Source: Scyliorhinus canicula (taxonomy: Eukaryota). Taken from it: DNA of 64,000 nt. This document shows positions 1 through 12,064 of this stretch, in pieces. The stretch is taken from contig NC_052164.1 in assembly GCF_902713615.1 (NCBI RefSeq), forward strand, positions 26,958,114 to 27,022,113. The letters are read 5' to 3'. Position 1 is the stretch's first letter. Each line of letters begins with the position of its first letter. Under the pieces are notes generated by a model. That model was not told the DNA's origin. It did no database searches and saw only the letters and a list, made by a program, of their open reading frames with translations. Position numbers and translations under genes: made by a program.

Positions 1-549
1 GTTATAGCTACCCTCTTGTCTTATTGCCATTGGTAGAAGATGAGGAACTAATAAAGGTAATCAATGCTTTTCCCCCCACATTTTGTTTTCCAATTTCTGC
101 CCACTCGTCGAGCCAGAATCCAATCCAAAATTGCAGAAATTGAGCGCTGCTCTGAAAATGTATAGATTTTCTCAATGGAAGTCAGCTAGAAAAACATTTT
201 TGGTAGGCTGTCTGCTGCCAAAGAAATACATGTTGCACAAAAAGTGTTAATATTTTGCCTGAACAGTTATACCAGGACACCTTTTCTGTGTTATGCATCA
301 CCATCGCACTTCAAGTGTCAGACGGCAAATGGCTATGCCATATTTGATAAGGAACTGGACAAAAGAAAAAGCAGTTATTTGGGATATTTCAGGCTGGAAA
401 TTCATCTCAAGTGGTGGCACAAAATGTGGGGAATTGTAACGGCTGCCCATTCGATACACCACGTGATATTCAATTCCATTGACCGCATTGAAACAAAATA
501 TCAGGTGCTACATGTATCGCCCGTTTTGTGACACTGCCTGTGCCGCACA

Positions 550-989
550 CAGGAATTTCTAACTAACATCAGGAGGCTGTTCTGCGCAGCAAGGCCCATG
601 GCTGACCTTCTTGCCCTGCTGCTAATTGAGGGTGGGTTGGGCCTCAATCAAAGGCCGTCAGTGCCTGATCAAGAAGCTGGGCATTGTGAAAGATAAGGTG
701 GGGTGGGTAGGTCTGTCAACCACACCGTTGCCATTTCTTCTGAGCCCCTGACACCCCTTTACTAATTACCCTCAGCAATGAGGGGTGGCCCCAGACCAGA
801 CTGGCTGGCAGCTCTCAATAGGTGAAACCTCTGCCTTGGGGCCTGTTTTCAGGGGAAGGCCCACAGCTGGCCGACCACTGCTTGATTAGCAGGTGGTTCA
901 GTAGAACTTCCGGAAAAGAGGAATCATGAGTTGCTCACTGGATCTCCAGCCAGCAGGCGAGACTCTCGATGCCTCACAAGATTCTGCCC
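550..989. mobile_element. Decayed non-autonomous DNA transposon (Harbinger-type MITE remnant)
   Basis: Ends in AAGATTCTGCCC, resembling the GGGCAGAATT-type termini of other Harbinger-like elements in the window. Left end unclear. Confidence 0.4.
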
Positions 990-1369
990 TGAAATATGTG
1001 CAACCTGCGACCTGAGTTTATTAATCACATATTAAAGAAAAGTCAAAATTCTGGCCTGCGTGGTGAAGATTAATTAAACTTGAATGTTTGCAAACATGGG
1101 CATGATTTTCCAGCCGTTCCTGCCAACGGAATCTTCTGGTTCCGCTGATTGTGAAGTCCTGGCAACGGGAAACCCTGTTGACAGCAGCAGGAATGGATGG
1201 AAGATATCATCACCAGCCAATGGCAGGCCGTCTCTGCTGCTGCAAAATATGCCATGAGATGTGTGTGTGTGTGGGATTTCCGCTCACAGTGACTTTATAC
1301 CTTTACTTTAGACAGAATTACTTTAGGCAGAATTATATGCCATGTTACAACGCTCCTGTCTTTTAAAAA

Positions 1370-2030
1370 ATTAATTCATGGGATGGAGGGGGTGGTAGGG
1401 GTGGAGGGGGGGGGTGGGGGTTGGGGTAGGTGGGGTGGGGGGGTGGGGTGGCGGTGGTGGTCACTGGCAAAGCCAGCATTTATTGCCCATATCTAATTGC
1501 CCTTGAGTAGGTGGTGGGTAGTCGCCTTCTTGAACCACAGATGGCCATGTTATTGGAACGCAACCAGTGCTGTTCAGGAGGATGTTCCAGGATTTTGACC
1601 CAACGACAAAGAAGAAAAAGCAATAAAGTTCCGAAGTAAGATGGTGAGTGGCTTGGAGAGGAACTTCGAGGCAGTGATGCTCACATGCACATGCTGTACT
1701 GGTCCTTCCTGTTAGAAGTCATGGGTTTGGGGCAGCACGGTGGCACAGTGGTTAGCATTGTTGCCTACGGCGCTGAGGACCCGGGTTCGAATCCCGGCCC
1801 TGGGTTACTGTCTGTGTGGAGTTTGCACATTCTCCCCGTGTCTGCGTGGGTTTCACCCCCACAACCCAAAGATGTGCAGTGTAGGCGGATTGGCCACGCT
1901 AACTTGCTCCTTAATTGGAAAAAATAATTGGGTACTCTAAATTTATTTTTTAAAAAGAAGTCATGGGTTTGGATGGTGCTGTCAAAGGAGCCATTGCAAG
2001 TTGCATTTGTAGATGGTACACACTTTTGTA
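1370..2030 (-). mobile_element. L2-type LINE 3' fragment (interrupted by a poly-G tract and a SINE)
   Basis: Contains GCCAGCATTTATTGCCCAT..CTAATTGCCCTTGAG, the tail shared with the SacSINE1-like copies at 43500 and 58770, followed by LINE-like body sequence. Confidence 0.6.
1729..1955 (+). mobile_element. Short HE1-related tRNA-derived SINE with A/T-rich tail (copy 1)
   Basis: A box TGGCACAGTGG, B box GGTTCGAATCC, HE1-like body. TSD AGAAGTCATGGGTTT at 1714-1728 and 1956-1970. Confidence 0.9.
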
Positions 2031-2727
2031 ATAGTTTAGACTCCTATTCTTCCACTTCATGCCATGCAATATCTTTTTGTCTCATTCCCTTACCTGCTCA
2101 GACTCACCTTGTTCCCGACCACTTTCTTCCAGCTCCCTGACTGTCCCCAGCTGCTTCTCCTGATCCCAAAATACATGACTTTACAATATGCGCCACATCA
2201 TTGCTGTGCATGCAAAATGTCTTTGCTGCAAATGTTTAACCAATTAGCTCCAATAAACCTTCATTCTTCATTTTACAATTCAAGTAGCCACTCAGTAAAT
2301 TACTGATCAATTTTATAAGAAAGTTGCTCATCAATTTGATAGTAAAATTGATCATTCTATTTAGTAAGTTAGACAATGGTGCTTCAAAGCAAATTCATTA
2401 TTCAGTTACTTCATGTTATAAGTAGGTTTTTCATAAATGTTATAGTTTACTCATCGTATATGATTGAACTACTAAACCAAATAAACAAATTTACCCACTG
2501 AATTTTATCTTTAATAATTAATTACTTCATACAGTAATTATATTTTTAGTATCTGTTTAACAATTTATTTTTTCTAAGTTGAGGATTTAGTAATGGAAAT
2601 AATTCCTGTAACATAATAATGACTTTAAAAATGCTTAAATTTATCAACACAAATTTTAAAGTACCTCCAATGGTGACTTCTGTCAGAGGCCTGTGCTTGT
2701 TTGAGAAACTTTAGACTTGAGCTCATG

Positions 2728-2741
2728 GTTCCCATAGCAAC
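2728..2741. promoter_or_regulatory. RFX X-box-like motif
   Basis: GTTCCCATAGCAAC, a close match to the palindromic RFX X-box, in non-repeat DNA. Confidence 0.35.
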
Positions 2742-3084
2742 CACTCTTAGCTGAAAAGATTCAAAATGGCAGCAGGCTGTAACTCCCTGCATATATTTGT
2801 GCCTACAAATCATAAAGTTTAAGGAGACAGCTGACAGCACATCTGGTTATTAACAGAGCGTGCCAAGTCTTGCTATTTGTTGGCCTCGACCCCTTCGACA
2901 CTGCTGAATATCAGAGGAAAACTGCTTCAGCTGAAAACCTCCAGGGAAACCATTTTTACGAGCAGTTTGGACCTTTTTTTTTGAAACATCATAAGCAAGG
3001 TGGAGTATGAACCTTTTCTGCAGTAACTTTGGGAATAGAGGCAATGCATGTTGAATTATAGTGATCGTTGCAATTATGGGTAGC

Positions 3085-3339
3085 TGTGGTGATATGATTT
3101 GCATACCTGTCTGCCATTGGGGCAGGACACCGGCTTACCATTGGCCCCGGTTGGCCATGTGCCTCTCGACCGATTGGTCGAGAGGCTGAGTTAACCACGC
3201 CTCCTTGCCGAGGTATAAATAGTCAAACGCCCGGCGGTCGTCCAGTTTATTGTAGACAACCGCAGGGCTAAGTTCTCTAGTTTATTAAAGCCAAACTTTT
3301 GTAAAGCAACTCGTCTCTCGTGCAATTGATGGCACATCA
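3085..3339 (+). mobile_element. Solo LTR (LTR retrotransposon)
   Basis: TG...CA termini and 5-bp TSD GTAGC (3080-3084, 3340-3344). Three ATTGG boxes, TATAAA at ~3215, ATTAAA at ~3284. Confidence 0.85.
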
Positions 3340-3477
3340 GTAGCAAGGGCTGACCATTTGCAAATCAATAACAAGAGTGTGTCACTGAGTGAAGGGGACG
3401 TCAGAAGACTTTGATGCAGAGATTCCTCAAATGTCCTATCAAAAAAGTCATTCAGGCAGATGCCATCATTTTAAATG

Positions 3478-3675
3478 ATGTGGAGATGCCGGCGTTGGAC
3501 TGGGGTGAGCACAGTAAGAAGTCTTACAGCACCAGGTTAAAGTCCAACAGGTTTGTTTCAAATCACTAGCTTTCGGAGCACCGCTCCTTCCTCAGGTGAA
3601 TGATGAGGTCGGTTCCAGAAAAATATATATAGACAAAGTCAAAGATGCAAGACAATGCTTTGAATGCAAGCATTT
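3478..3675 (-). mobile_element. Penelope-like element pseudo-LTR fragment containing a hammerhead motif
   Basis: Near-identical to 53839-54000, which is contiguous with a GIY-YIG-coding remnant. Confidence 0.85.
3562..3600 (-). ncRNA. Minimal type I hammerhead ribozyme motif (Penelope-associated), core intact
   Basis: Minus strand reads UUCAC-CUGAGGA-A-GGAGC(GGU)GCUCC-GAAA-GC-UA-GUGAU: both core boxes, 5-bp stem II, UCAC/GUGA stem I, palindromic AGCU helix III, CUA cleavage triplet. Confidence 0.75.
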
Positions 3676-3694
3676 TAAATGGAACAGGATACGT

Positions 3695-3870
3695 ATTTAG
3701 CACAGTGGGCTAAACAACTGGCTTGTAAAGCAGAACAAGACCAGCAAAGCGGGTTCAATTCCTGTACCAGCCTCCCCGAACATGCGCCGGAATGTGGCGA
3801 CTAGGGGCTTTGCACAGTAACTTCATTGAAGCCTACTTGTAACAATAAGTGATTATTATTATTATTATTT
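3695..3870 (+). mobile_element. tRNA-derived SINE family B (Rex1-like tail)
   Basis: TTTAGCACAGTGGGCTAA head, GGTTCAATTCC B box, tail ..CACAGTAACTTCATTGAAGCCTACTTGT..CAATAA plus (ATT)n. Paralogs at 24785 and 62026. Confidence 0.85.
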
Positions 3871-4439
3871 GCAAAAGAAGACACCAAAACAACGTGGCAA
3901 ACTGATTTGAATTTTTGAAATAAAATAGACAGCTCAAATTAAAGATTTATTATCAACACCTACTGACTGGTCTGTCGAGTTTCCTTCAATGCTGTAATCT
4001 ATGCTTCTATGCGATACAATAAGAAAGATTGGTACAGCTGGGGAAAATACTGATGATTGAAGAAATTCAAAATGCGGGGTATATTGTAATGTATTCCAAA
4101 GAGTCACGGCTTCTGCATTTGTTTAACATATTTTGATTTCCGAACTCAATTGCTTCAGAGTTTAAGTTATTCTTTTCAGGGTCTTTATATGATTGGCTGC
4201 AAGTGTGTCAAATGATGTCATTTCAAATTGGCCTCTTTATATTCTATAATTACTCTTATACTTGCAATATTATTTTATTTAAAATTAGTACTCAAACTAA
4301 TTGTTAATATCTGCAGTGGCAAATTCTGTATCCAGGTTTGCCGGGAGATTCGTAATATGAGCCCTAAAACTAGGCACATCTATTCATAAAGTGCGCTGTG
4401 ATAACTGTAACCTATTGATCTTATTGCTATGATATTTTA

Positions 4440-4910
4440 CAAAGAAAACAAAACAAATTGCACTGAATTGTGTAGAATATACAGCACAGTAACAGACCAT
4501 TTATCCAAATTGCCCATATGGATGTTTGTATTTCACTCCAACTCCAGTCATCTAATCTTATCAATATATCCTTTCCCCTTGTTAATCCAGTTTCCTCTTA
4601 ATTGCATTTGTACTGTTCAGCTCAACTACCTGTCGTAGTGAGTTCCGCATTCTAACTTCTCTCTGCCCATAGAGGTTTCTCCTGAATCCCCGACTGAATG
4701 ATTCAGTGACTATGCTGTATTTATGGCCCTTAATCTTAATGGACTCTATCTAGTCACATTTAATAAGTCTTCTGCTTTCTGGAACAAGAAGCCTGTTTAA
4801 TCTTTCCTGATAATTATAACCTCTCAGCTCTGGTATTATCATATTGCACCTTAAGCAGTGCCTCTGCATCCTTCTTACACCACAGAATGATTCACAGTAC
4901 TCTAACTGTG
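4440..4910 (-). mobile_element. Old CR1-type LINE 3' fragment
   Basis: Decayed similarity to the CR1 3' ends elsewhere in the window (GAGTTCCGCATTCTAAC..TTTCTCCTGAATCCC). Confidence 0.45.
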
Positions 4911-4939
4911 AGCATTTTAATATATTTCTTAACCATTAT

Positions 4940-5275
4940 TGTAAAAATCCAGACCCTCAAGGTGATGATTTTAATATTGAAGAGTTGCTCTTGTAGTATA
5001 AAGGTCTGGCATAGAAAGGTACAGTACTACCCACAGTGTGATGTAAAGGGACACATGAACCAACTCTGGAGGACAGTCTTGCAATGGACAGAGATGTGTG
5101 TAGCGGTAAGCATGGACACAGCTCCTAGTTTAGACCTTATACTGTGCATATGTATGTGGAGACTTGTAGTTAACAAACACTTACTGTTCAACTACACAAG
5201 ACACAGACCCCCTTTGTGAGACCTAGCAAACCACACATGACAGCTTACAACATAGTGGCAATGAAGAATGGATCC
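4940..5275 (+). mobile_element. LTR fragment followed by a PBS-like remnant
   Basis: TGT...ACAACA followed by TAGTGGCAATGAAGAATGG, resembling a decayed Gypsy PBS/gag start. No TSD found. Confidence 0.4.
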
Positions 5276-5884
5276 CAAAATCTTCCAGTCCCAACGTTTC
5301 AATGGTGTTTTGCGTGACTTGCCCATCCCGTCACAGGGGGTCGCTTTTGGCGAGACTGGAAGATCCCACTGATGGCAAGGGTCAGAAAGTCCTGCCCATT
5401 GTGTTTCCTACATTGCAATAGCAATTACACTTTGCAAATACTCATTGGCTGTGAAGCACTTTGAGACAACATAAGTGCAAGCCTTTCTTTAATTTTTTAT
5501 TTATTTATCTGCAACTAGAAGGAAAACAGTGGGCGGGATTCTCCATTGCCCGACACTGATATCGTGATCGGTGATCGGGCGGAGAATCGACTCCGACTCC
5601 CAAATTGGGCCACCGACAGTTTGACACCAGTCAGCCATGCTCCGACCCCTTGGAAATGGCGTAATCACGTTGCGCGCTGTTGCAACGGCATTGGCGTGCC
5701 ATCGGCCAGCCCTCCCGCGATGCTCCACCCCCGATGGGCTGAGTTCCCAACCGCACAGGTACGTGTGGACTCAGTGGTTGGGACGGGTTTTTCAGCACGG
5801 GAGCCGGGAGTTTCACCCAGTGCAGCTGCTAGCCTCTCACTTGTCCTGATTGTGGTAATAGGATTGAGGTGGAAGGTTTCTTAA

Positions 5885-6220
5885 CATTTGCAGTAGAAGG
5901 AGGCCACTCGGCCCATCAAGTCTGCACCGGCTCTTGGAAAGAGCACCCTAACCGAGGTCAACACCTCCACCCTATCCCCATAACCCAGTAACCCCACCCA
6001 ACACTAAGTGTGTGTTTTGGACACTAAGGGCAATTTATCATGGCCAATCCACCTAACCTGCACATCTTTGGACTGTGGGAGGAAACCGGAGCACCCGGAG
6101 GAAATCCACGCACACACGGGGAGGATGTGCAGACTCCGCACAGACAGTGACCCAAGCCGGAATCGAACCTGGGACCCTGGAGCTGTGAAGCGATTGTGCT
6201 TTCCACAATGCTACCGTGCT
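5885..6220 (-). mobile_element. HE1-type SINE
   Basis: tRNA head, HE1 body (GGTTTCCTCCCACAGTCCAAAGATGTGC) and CR1-like tail. Confidence 0.9.
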
Positions 6221-6432
6221 TTGGACTGGGTGAGGGCACAGTCCTGTTCTGGACATTGGAGGGTATCTGAGATGCGGTTACCCTGATTAAGGTCTGGGAC
6301 TAGCTGCTTCCAGGCTCGGGATGCCAATGGGTTAGGCGAGATTAAGACGGTCAGCATCTGCGACACCAACCTGACTCTCTGATCTATCCCTCTCCCTCTC
6401 TCACCTCTCGCAGGAATCTAATCGATATCAAA

Positions 6433-7515
6433 ATGGAGCCATTAGAGTTGGCCATCCTACTATTAACTGCACTGGAGCAGTACAGACACCTGCAGCAATA
6501 TGTGGCGGCACAATGGGAAGACCCTGCAGAACGAGAGCAGGGGGGCCGCAGGGAAAGCTCAGAGGCCGCAAGAGGCCTTGCAAGGGGGCTCAGAGACACT
6601 GAAGGAAGCCAATGGTCTCCCAGACTCATGTGTCTTTCATGGAGCTGTCGGACAACATGTGCTGTCAAAGACGCCGCCTTGCGGACTTGGCGCCATGGGG
6701 CGGCGGAGGGCACCCACTCCCTGCGGCCATTAAGGTCACGGCAGCCCTAAACCTTCGGGCTCCATGGGTGACTTGTGTGGAATATCACAGGAATCTGCTC
6801 ATATGTGCACCCGTGAGGTCATAGATGCACTTTATGCTGGGGCTCCAGTCTATTGACCTGGACAAAGCCTGGCAGGAGAAGGCTATGGGCTTTGGGAAAT
6901 AGCTGGTCTGCCACAGGTGCAGGGGGTGATTGACTGCACTCATGTCGCTTTCCACTTCCTGTGGCACCAGGGAATTCCATTCAGAAACCAGAAGAGGTTC
7001 CACTCCCTCAGTGTGCCCGTTTGCCAAGGAGCGTGCATGATAGTTACATCCCCAACAAGTCGCAGATCCCTGGAATCTTTGAGGGATAACCCAGGTTACA
7101 GGGACAAGGGATATCATCAGGACGTGGCTGATGATCACCGAATTACAGAATCATCGAACCCCTGCAGTGATGCCAGGGCAGAGGCCACAGAGACCAGTTA
7201 CAATGAGGCGCACAGTGTGACTCAATCTGTCACTGAGCGGTGCACAGGTCTGTTACAGATGTGGTTCCCCTGCCTCGACAGGTCCAATGGGGCCCTGCAA
7301 TACAGCCCCCAGAGGATCTTCTGCAATGTCATGGTTTGCTGTGCCCCAGCAGAGTGATGACCTCCCTGAGAAAGACCTCAAAGAGCGGCACATGCCCTCG
7401 GATGAGGAGGGCATGCAGGAGGGCATCGAGGAAGAGCCCATTGTGGATCCAGAGGATGGAGGGCGTGCATGGGCAGGAATGATAGATACCCTTTTTGCCT
7501 CCTGTTTCATGGAGG
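6433..7515 (+). pseudogene. Harbinger DDE transposase (HARBI1-like), frameshifted
   Basis: Motifs HPLPAAIKVTAALN, QGVIDCTHV, DKGY, YNEAHSVTQSVTERCTGLLQMWFPCLDRSNGALQYSP across shifted frames. Confidence 0.88.
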
Positions 7516-8032
7516 AGGATGTTGTGACACCTTTGTGACCAGGGTATGAAGTTAGTCAAGATACTGAACATCCGGGTGTTGGGCTGGAGAGTTCTTGCGT
7601 GCTTGCTGCCCAGTCGTTACAGGAGGGTGATGATGACATGCAGTAGGGAATGGTCTGTGATGCTCCTCAGCTACTGCTTCTGTCTGACTCCTGTCTGTCT
7701 GCTGGCAGCATGCTAACTCCCTAGCTAAGTGAGGTCCTGCCCTACATTCCTTTGTCCCTTTGCTCTAGAGGGGGATTTGGGTTGGGGGTCTAGGGTTCAC
7801 TGAACTATACCTGACTCCTATCACTGCGAATGAAACATTTGCACTGAGAGGGCCTAACTGACTGGTGGACATTGAGAGCCGGTCAGAATAACAGTGTCCC
7901 GATGGGGAACAGCGCAGTGTCTCAGAGTTAAAGATTCGGAGGCATGAAGGTGCCGATCAACAATAACATTTAATTCAGTGATATTTCCCATTTCAACAAG
8001 TGCAATTCCCACAATTACATTTGCCTAACTTC

Positions 8033-8624
8033 TGTTATGGGCCAAGGTTTAGAGAACCCCAAAGTGCATCATGGAGTTCACCTGACCCACAACTTTTAAT
8101 AAATTGTGGTATGGGGAGCACACGGCCCACTCTACAGGTGTGGTCCAGCAGAAATGGAAAAGGATTTTTTAAAGCAAAACAGTGTTTATTCTATGAACTC
8201 AAGTTAACCTTTTTAAAACATACAGTGAACATCTTAGCAACCATCAATTGAAGTACAACCCCAAAGAATACAACACTTAAGTAATCCTTAATAACTTCCC
8301 AAACAACATCCAGAAGACGAAAGAAACACCTTTTAACAGAAGCACATTAGGTTTACATTCACTACTGAGAACATTTATAATTCACCAATGATCAAGAGAT
8401 AGTCTTTTGATAGTAGAGAGAACAGCAGTGCACCTGCTTTGTCTGGCTTCAGCTGCAACACTGAAAACAAAACTAAAACACACCCTGCAGCAAACAGCCT
8501 AAAATGAAAGTAAAAAGCTCACAGACAGCCCAGTTCCACTCACATCTGACATCACTGATGGATGCCCATTTCTTAAAGGTACATTTCCTAAACACCCATT
8601 TCTTAAAGGTACTCTCACATGACA
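8033..8624 (-). mobile_element. Solo LTR
   Basis: TGT...ACA termini, 4-bp TSD CTTC, AATAAA on the minus strand. Confidence 0.8.
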
Positions 8625-9756
8625 CTTCCTCTATGCCAACACTGTGCCCCTACAATTCCTTACACTTGCCTACCTTCCTGTTTAGGTATTTTCCCAGGTT
8701 GAACATCAGGGGTGGGGGTGGCCTTCTGCCTTTCATGCCCTGTTGCTTGAGATGCCCTTGGCAGGCGCCCTCTGGAAAGCCAGGACCTGGAGGGCCCTGG
8801 TTTAGTTTTGGGTGGCACTGGTGTTGTTGCATCACCCTGTTCTGCCTGCTATGCCTGAGTTGTGCTGGTCTCAGGAAGGGGGCATTCAGATTGGCTCCAG
8901 GGTCTCCTGGGTGGAAAGCCCCAAGGTGAGCTCCAACTGAGCTCCTTCCTCCAGGTGCTTGTGGGCTCCTCAGTTACTCCATGTGACAGAGGGGCAGCTG
9001 GAGAGAGTTCCAGAAGCCTCAACATCATCTGGCATTGCCAGTCCCGGTGGCTGGCCATTTTCAGAACCAGGCAGTTGAAACCCTCAGCCACGGTCCTCAG
9101 GGACAGAGCCATGCTTCAGAGTTCTCCCGACATGCATCTGAACTCTTTCCCCAGGCATCCCACTGCAGACGCCACACTTGCAGCATTGACCTGGGTGCCT
9201 TGCATTCTGACACCATCTCCAGAAGGCTGTGGGAAACATCCATCTGACCTTGCAGTAATATAGCTGAGACCCCTTCCTGATATTTCTGGTTCTGCCTTTG
9301 CACCTCAGCCAGCTGAGGTATGAACTTGCCCAGAGGCAAGGCCTTGGCTGGAACACAGCTGAGTCCAGGGATCCATGCAGACCTCTACTTCCTACTCCCA
9401 ACTGATGTTCATCTGAAGCAGTGCGGTGCTCACCAGATAGCGATCCAGAAGCATGCTGACTAAGGTCATCCATCACGGTGTGTTCCTGTGCTCGTAGATG
9501 GTGTGGGTGATAGCCATGATGCATCTTTGTTGTCCTCCTCAGTGATCTCCTCCTACGTCGTGTCAAGGGTGGCCAGTGGGACACTGCTGGTGGACGTCCA
9601 GGCTGTTTGGGTGATATTCCTGCAGGAAAGAAACATGATATTAGTACATGGCCCTGGAAATGGTCTGGGATCCACCGAACTCACTTGGGTTTGGTCCCCT
9701 GGATAAGGTGCAGTGACTCCTCTTTTCCCTCGCGGGTCCACCTTGCTCTCCGTGCA

Positions 9757-10156
9757 TGATGTGTTATCTGAGTTGGTCTAACATCGACTGAAACTGGATG
9801 CAGTGCAGTGAGAAACAGGCTTCCGAGACAGGCGATGGTCCAACACTGTTTTATTGAATTTGCTGATTGCTGTACATAATCTGCTGTGGGTTGACACTCT
9901 ATTAACCTAACTGATAACCTCCTACTGGCTTGACCAGACTAGCTCTCTACCACGTGGTCATGATGTTCACTGGCTTGTGCACTCTAACTATCTCAGTAGC
10001 TGTGTCCTGTGGAGAGTCTTAATGCCTGTGGGCTTTATAGTGGTGGTGTCCTGTCTGGTGATTGGTTGTTCTGTGTCATGTGTGTTCATTGGCTATCCTG
10101 TGTGTCAATCACTGCCTGTCTGCATCTCATGATATACATGAGTTGATATTATGACA
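9757..10156 (-). mobile_element. Solo LTR
   Basis: TG...CA termini, near-TSD GTGCA/TTGCA, minus-strand TATAAA and AATAAA, CCAAT box. Confidence 0.7.
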
Positions 10157-10185
10157 TTGCACACCCGCTCCTGCTCCTCCCCTGT

Positions 10186-10799
10186 AAGGCTAGGGAGGTT
10201 ATGCTGCAATTGTATAAGGTGTTAGTGAGGCCACACCTGGAGTATTGTGTTCAGTTTTGGTCTCCTTACTTGAGAAAGGACGTACTGGCACTGGAGGGTG
10301 TGCAGAGGAGATTCACGAGGTTAATCCCAGAGTTGAAGGGGTTGGATTACGAGGAGAGGTTGAGTAGACTGGGACTGTACTCATTGGAATTTAGAAGGAT
10401 GGGGGGGATCTTATAGAAACATTTAAAATTATGAAGGGAATAGATAGGATAGATGCAGGCAGGTTGTTTCCACTGGCGAGTGAAAGCAGAACTAGGGGGC
10501 ATAGCCTCAAAATAAAGTGAAGTAGATTTAGGACTGAGTTTAGGAGGAACTTCTTCACCCAAAGGGTTGTGAATCTATGGAATTCCTTGCCCAGTGAATC
10601 AGTTGAGGCTCCTTCATTAAATGTTTTTAAGGTAAAGATAGATAGTTTTTGAAGAATAAAGGGATTAAGGGTTATGGTGTTCAGGCCGGAAAGTGGAGCT
10701 GAGTCCACAAAAGATCAGCCATGATCTCACTGAATGGCAGAGCAGGCTCGAGGGGCCAGATGGCCTACTCCTGCTCCTAGTTCTTATGTTCTTATGTTC
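10186..10799 (+). mobile_element. CR1-clade LINE 3' fragment (ORF2 C-terminus and tail)
   Basis: LYKVLVRPHLEYCVQFWSPYLRKDVLALEGVQRRFTRLIP, then ..NFFTQRVVNLWNSLP; (TTCTTATG)n tail. Confidence 0.95.
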
Positions 10800-12064
10800 C
10801 AGGGCTCTCTCCTCAAAAGGAGTCAGGATCCTCAGCTCAGGAATCCCACGGCACGTCTTTTCGCACTCGCGAGCTTCTCCTGCAGGAAAACAAATGGGGA
10901 TGATGTGAGCTGGCCAGCTGGCGGGTCAGATATCCAAGATCAATGGCATGTCTGGGCACTGTGCGTAAGCAGGGGAGGTTTGTGTTGAGGAGTGTCAATG
11001 GGGTGTGAGGAAACTTGTGGGAGGCCGGGTGCTGGTCCCCTGTGAGGTGGCAGCATGTAGGATCAAAGTGATGCTCTGAGGGGTGATGGCAAGGTGGTGT
11101 GCAGAGAGGACACCAAGAGCACTTACCCTGGCAGAACAGAGTGGGTCATTCATCTTCCTGTGGTACTGCACCACTGTCCTTTTGGTCAGGTTGCTGACAC
11201 TGACCATTGCTGAGACTGTCTCCCTTACTGGAACGCCTCCTTCCAACCCGACGGTATATTGTTGCCCGTCTCTCCTCCAGGGCATCCAACATACAGGTGA
11301 GATCCGCGTCAGAGAATCGAGGGGTTGGCATCCTCGCTACCACCCTCCTGGCTAAATGTCAGCAAGTGATGGTGAGCCGTTTAAATGCAGCATCCCTCAT
11401 TGAACAGCCTGGAGGACCTTCAGAGTGGCCAAATCAGAAGCTTCACACCTCAGGTGCGGCATTTTTCAAGTGGAGGAGAAAAAACATTCTAAGTGCCTAA
11501 AAGCTGCAGCTTGGATCACGCCGCTGGGGCCAATAGGAGTCACGTTGATGTTCATGCCGAAAATGACACTTTGGGAGAGATCTTGGGAGAGATCTACCAG
11601 CCGCGTTGCACCTGAAATCCGGGATCTACACGGCTCGCCATGCCTTGTGAGATCTAACGGGACGTCTCGAGACGTCGCAATGTGAAATGTGCCCATCCCT
11701 TTCTGGCAAATCTGCATATTGGAGTGAGACAGTTAGTGTGAGACAGGTAGTCTCACTCTAATAAGCATTCCTGAGATCTAACCAAGGCGTTGGGATCTAA
11801 CTCCCCCTTCTTGGGGATCTCGGGCAAGTGCCGTTCAGTGCTTGCCTCCACAAATGGGAGCAGATAGAATGGCACTCGTGGGGGTCTCCCAGGCAATCGG
11901 AGACCCCCCAGCTGCTTGCCTTCTGGGCAAGGTGACCCTGCACTGCTGGTGTCACGGGCACCCTGGCACTGTAAATTTGGCACCCTCACAGTGTCACCTA
12001 GGTGCCAGGTAGACACTGCCCAGGTGGCACTGCCAGCTGACAAGGGCATTGCCAGTGCTGCCTT

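Larger units (their letters stand above)
8750..11343 (-). pseudogene. Harbinger Myb/SANT-like accessory gene (spliced, 3 exons), disrupted
   Basis: N-terminus MVARMPTPRFSDADLTCMLDALEERRATIY..RVGRR (Myb/SANT-like). Donor GTAAGT at ~11126, acceptor TTTCCTGCAG at ~10881, donor GTGAGT at ~9685, acceptor TTTCCTGCAG at ~9620. Confidence 0.8.
5531..11580. mobile_element. Decayed autonomous-type PIF/Harbinger transposon 1 with nested insertions
   Basis: Left TIR GGGCGGGATTCTCC at 5531. Convergent HARBI1-like transposase (+) and Myb/SANT gene (-). Contains an HE1 SINE, two solo LTRs and a CR1 fragment. Confidence 0.8.

Noticed and set aside
1-62. Possible exon end YSYPLVLLPLVEDEELIK followed by GTAATC
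   Set aside because: Truncated by the window edge, weak donor, no recognisable protein and no matching downstream exon.
244-531. 95-aa ORF
   Set aside because: No recognisable domain or splice context, and a non-ATG start.
1729-1805. tRNA-like A/B boxes here and in all SINE heads
   Set aside because: They are SINE heads continuing into repeat bodies, not tRNA genes.
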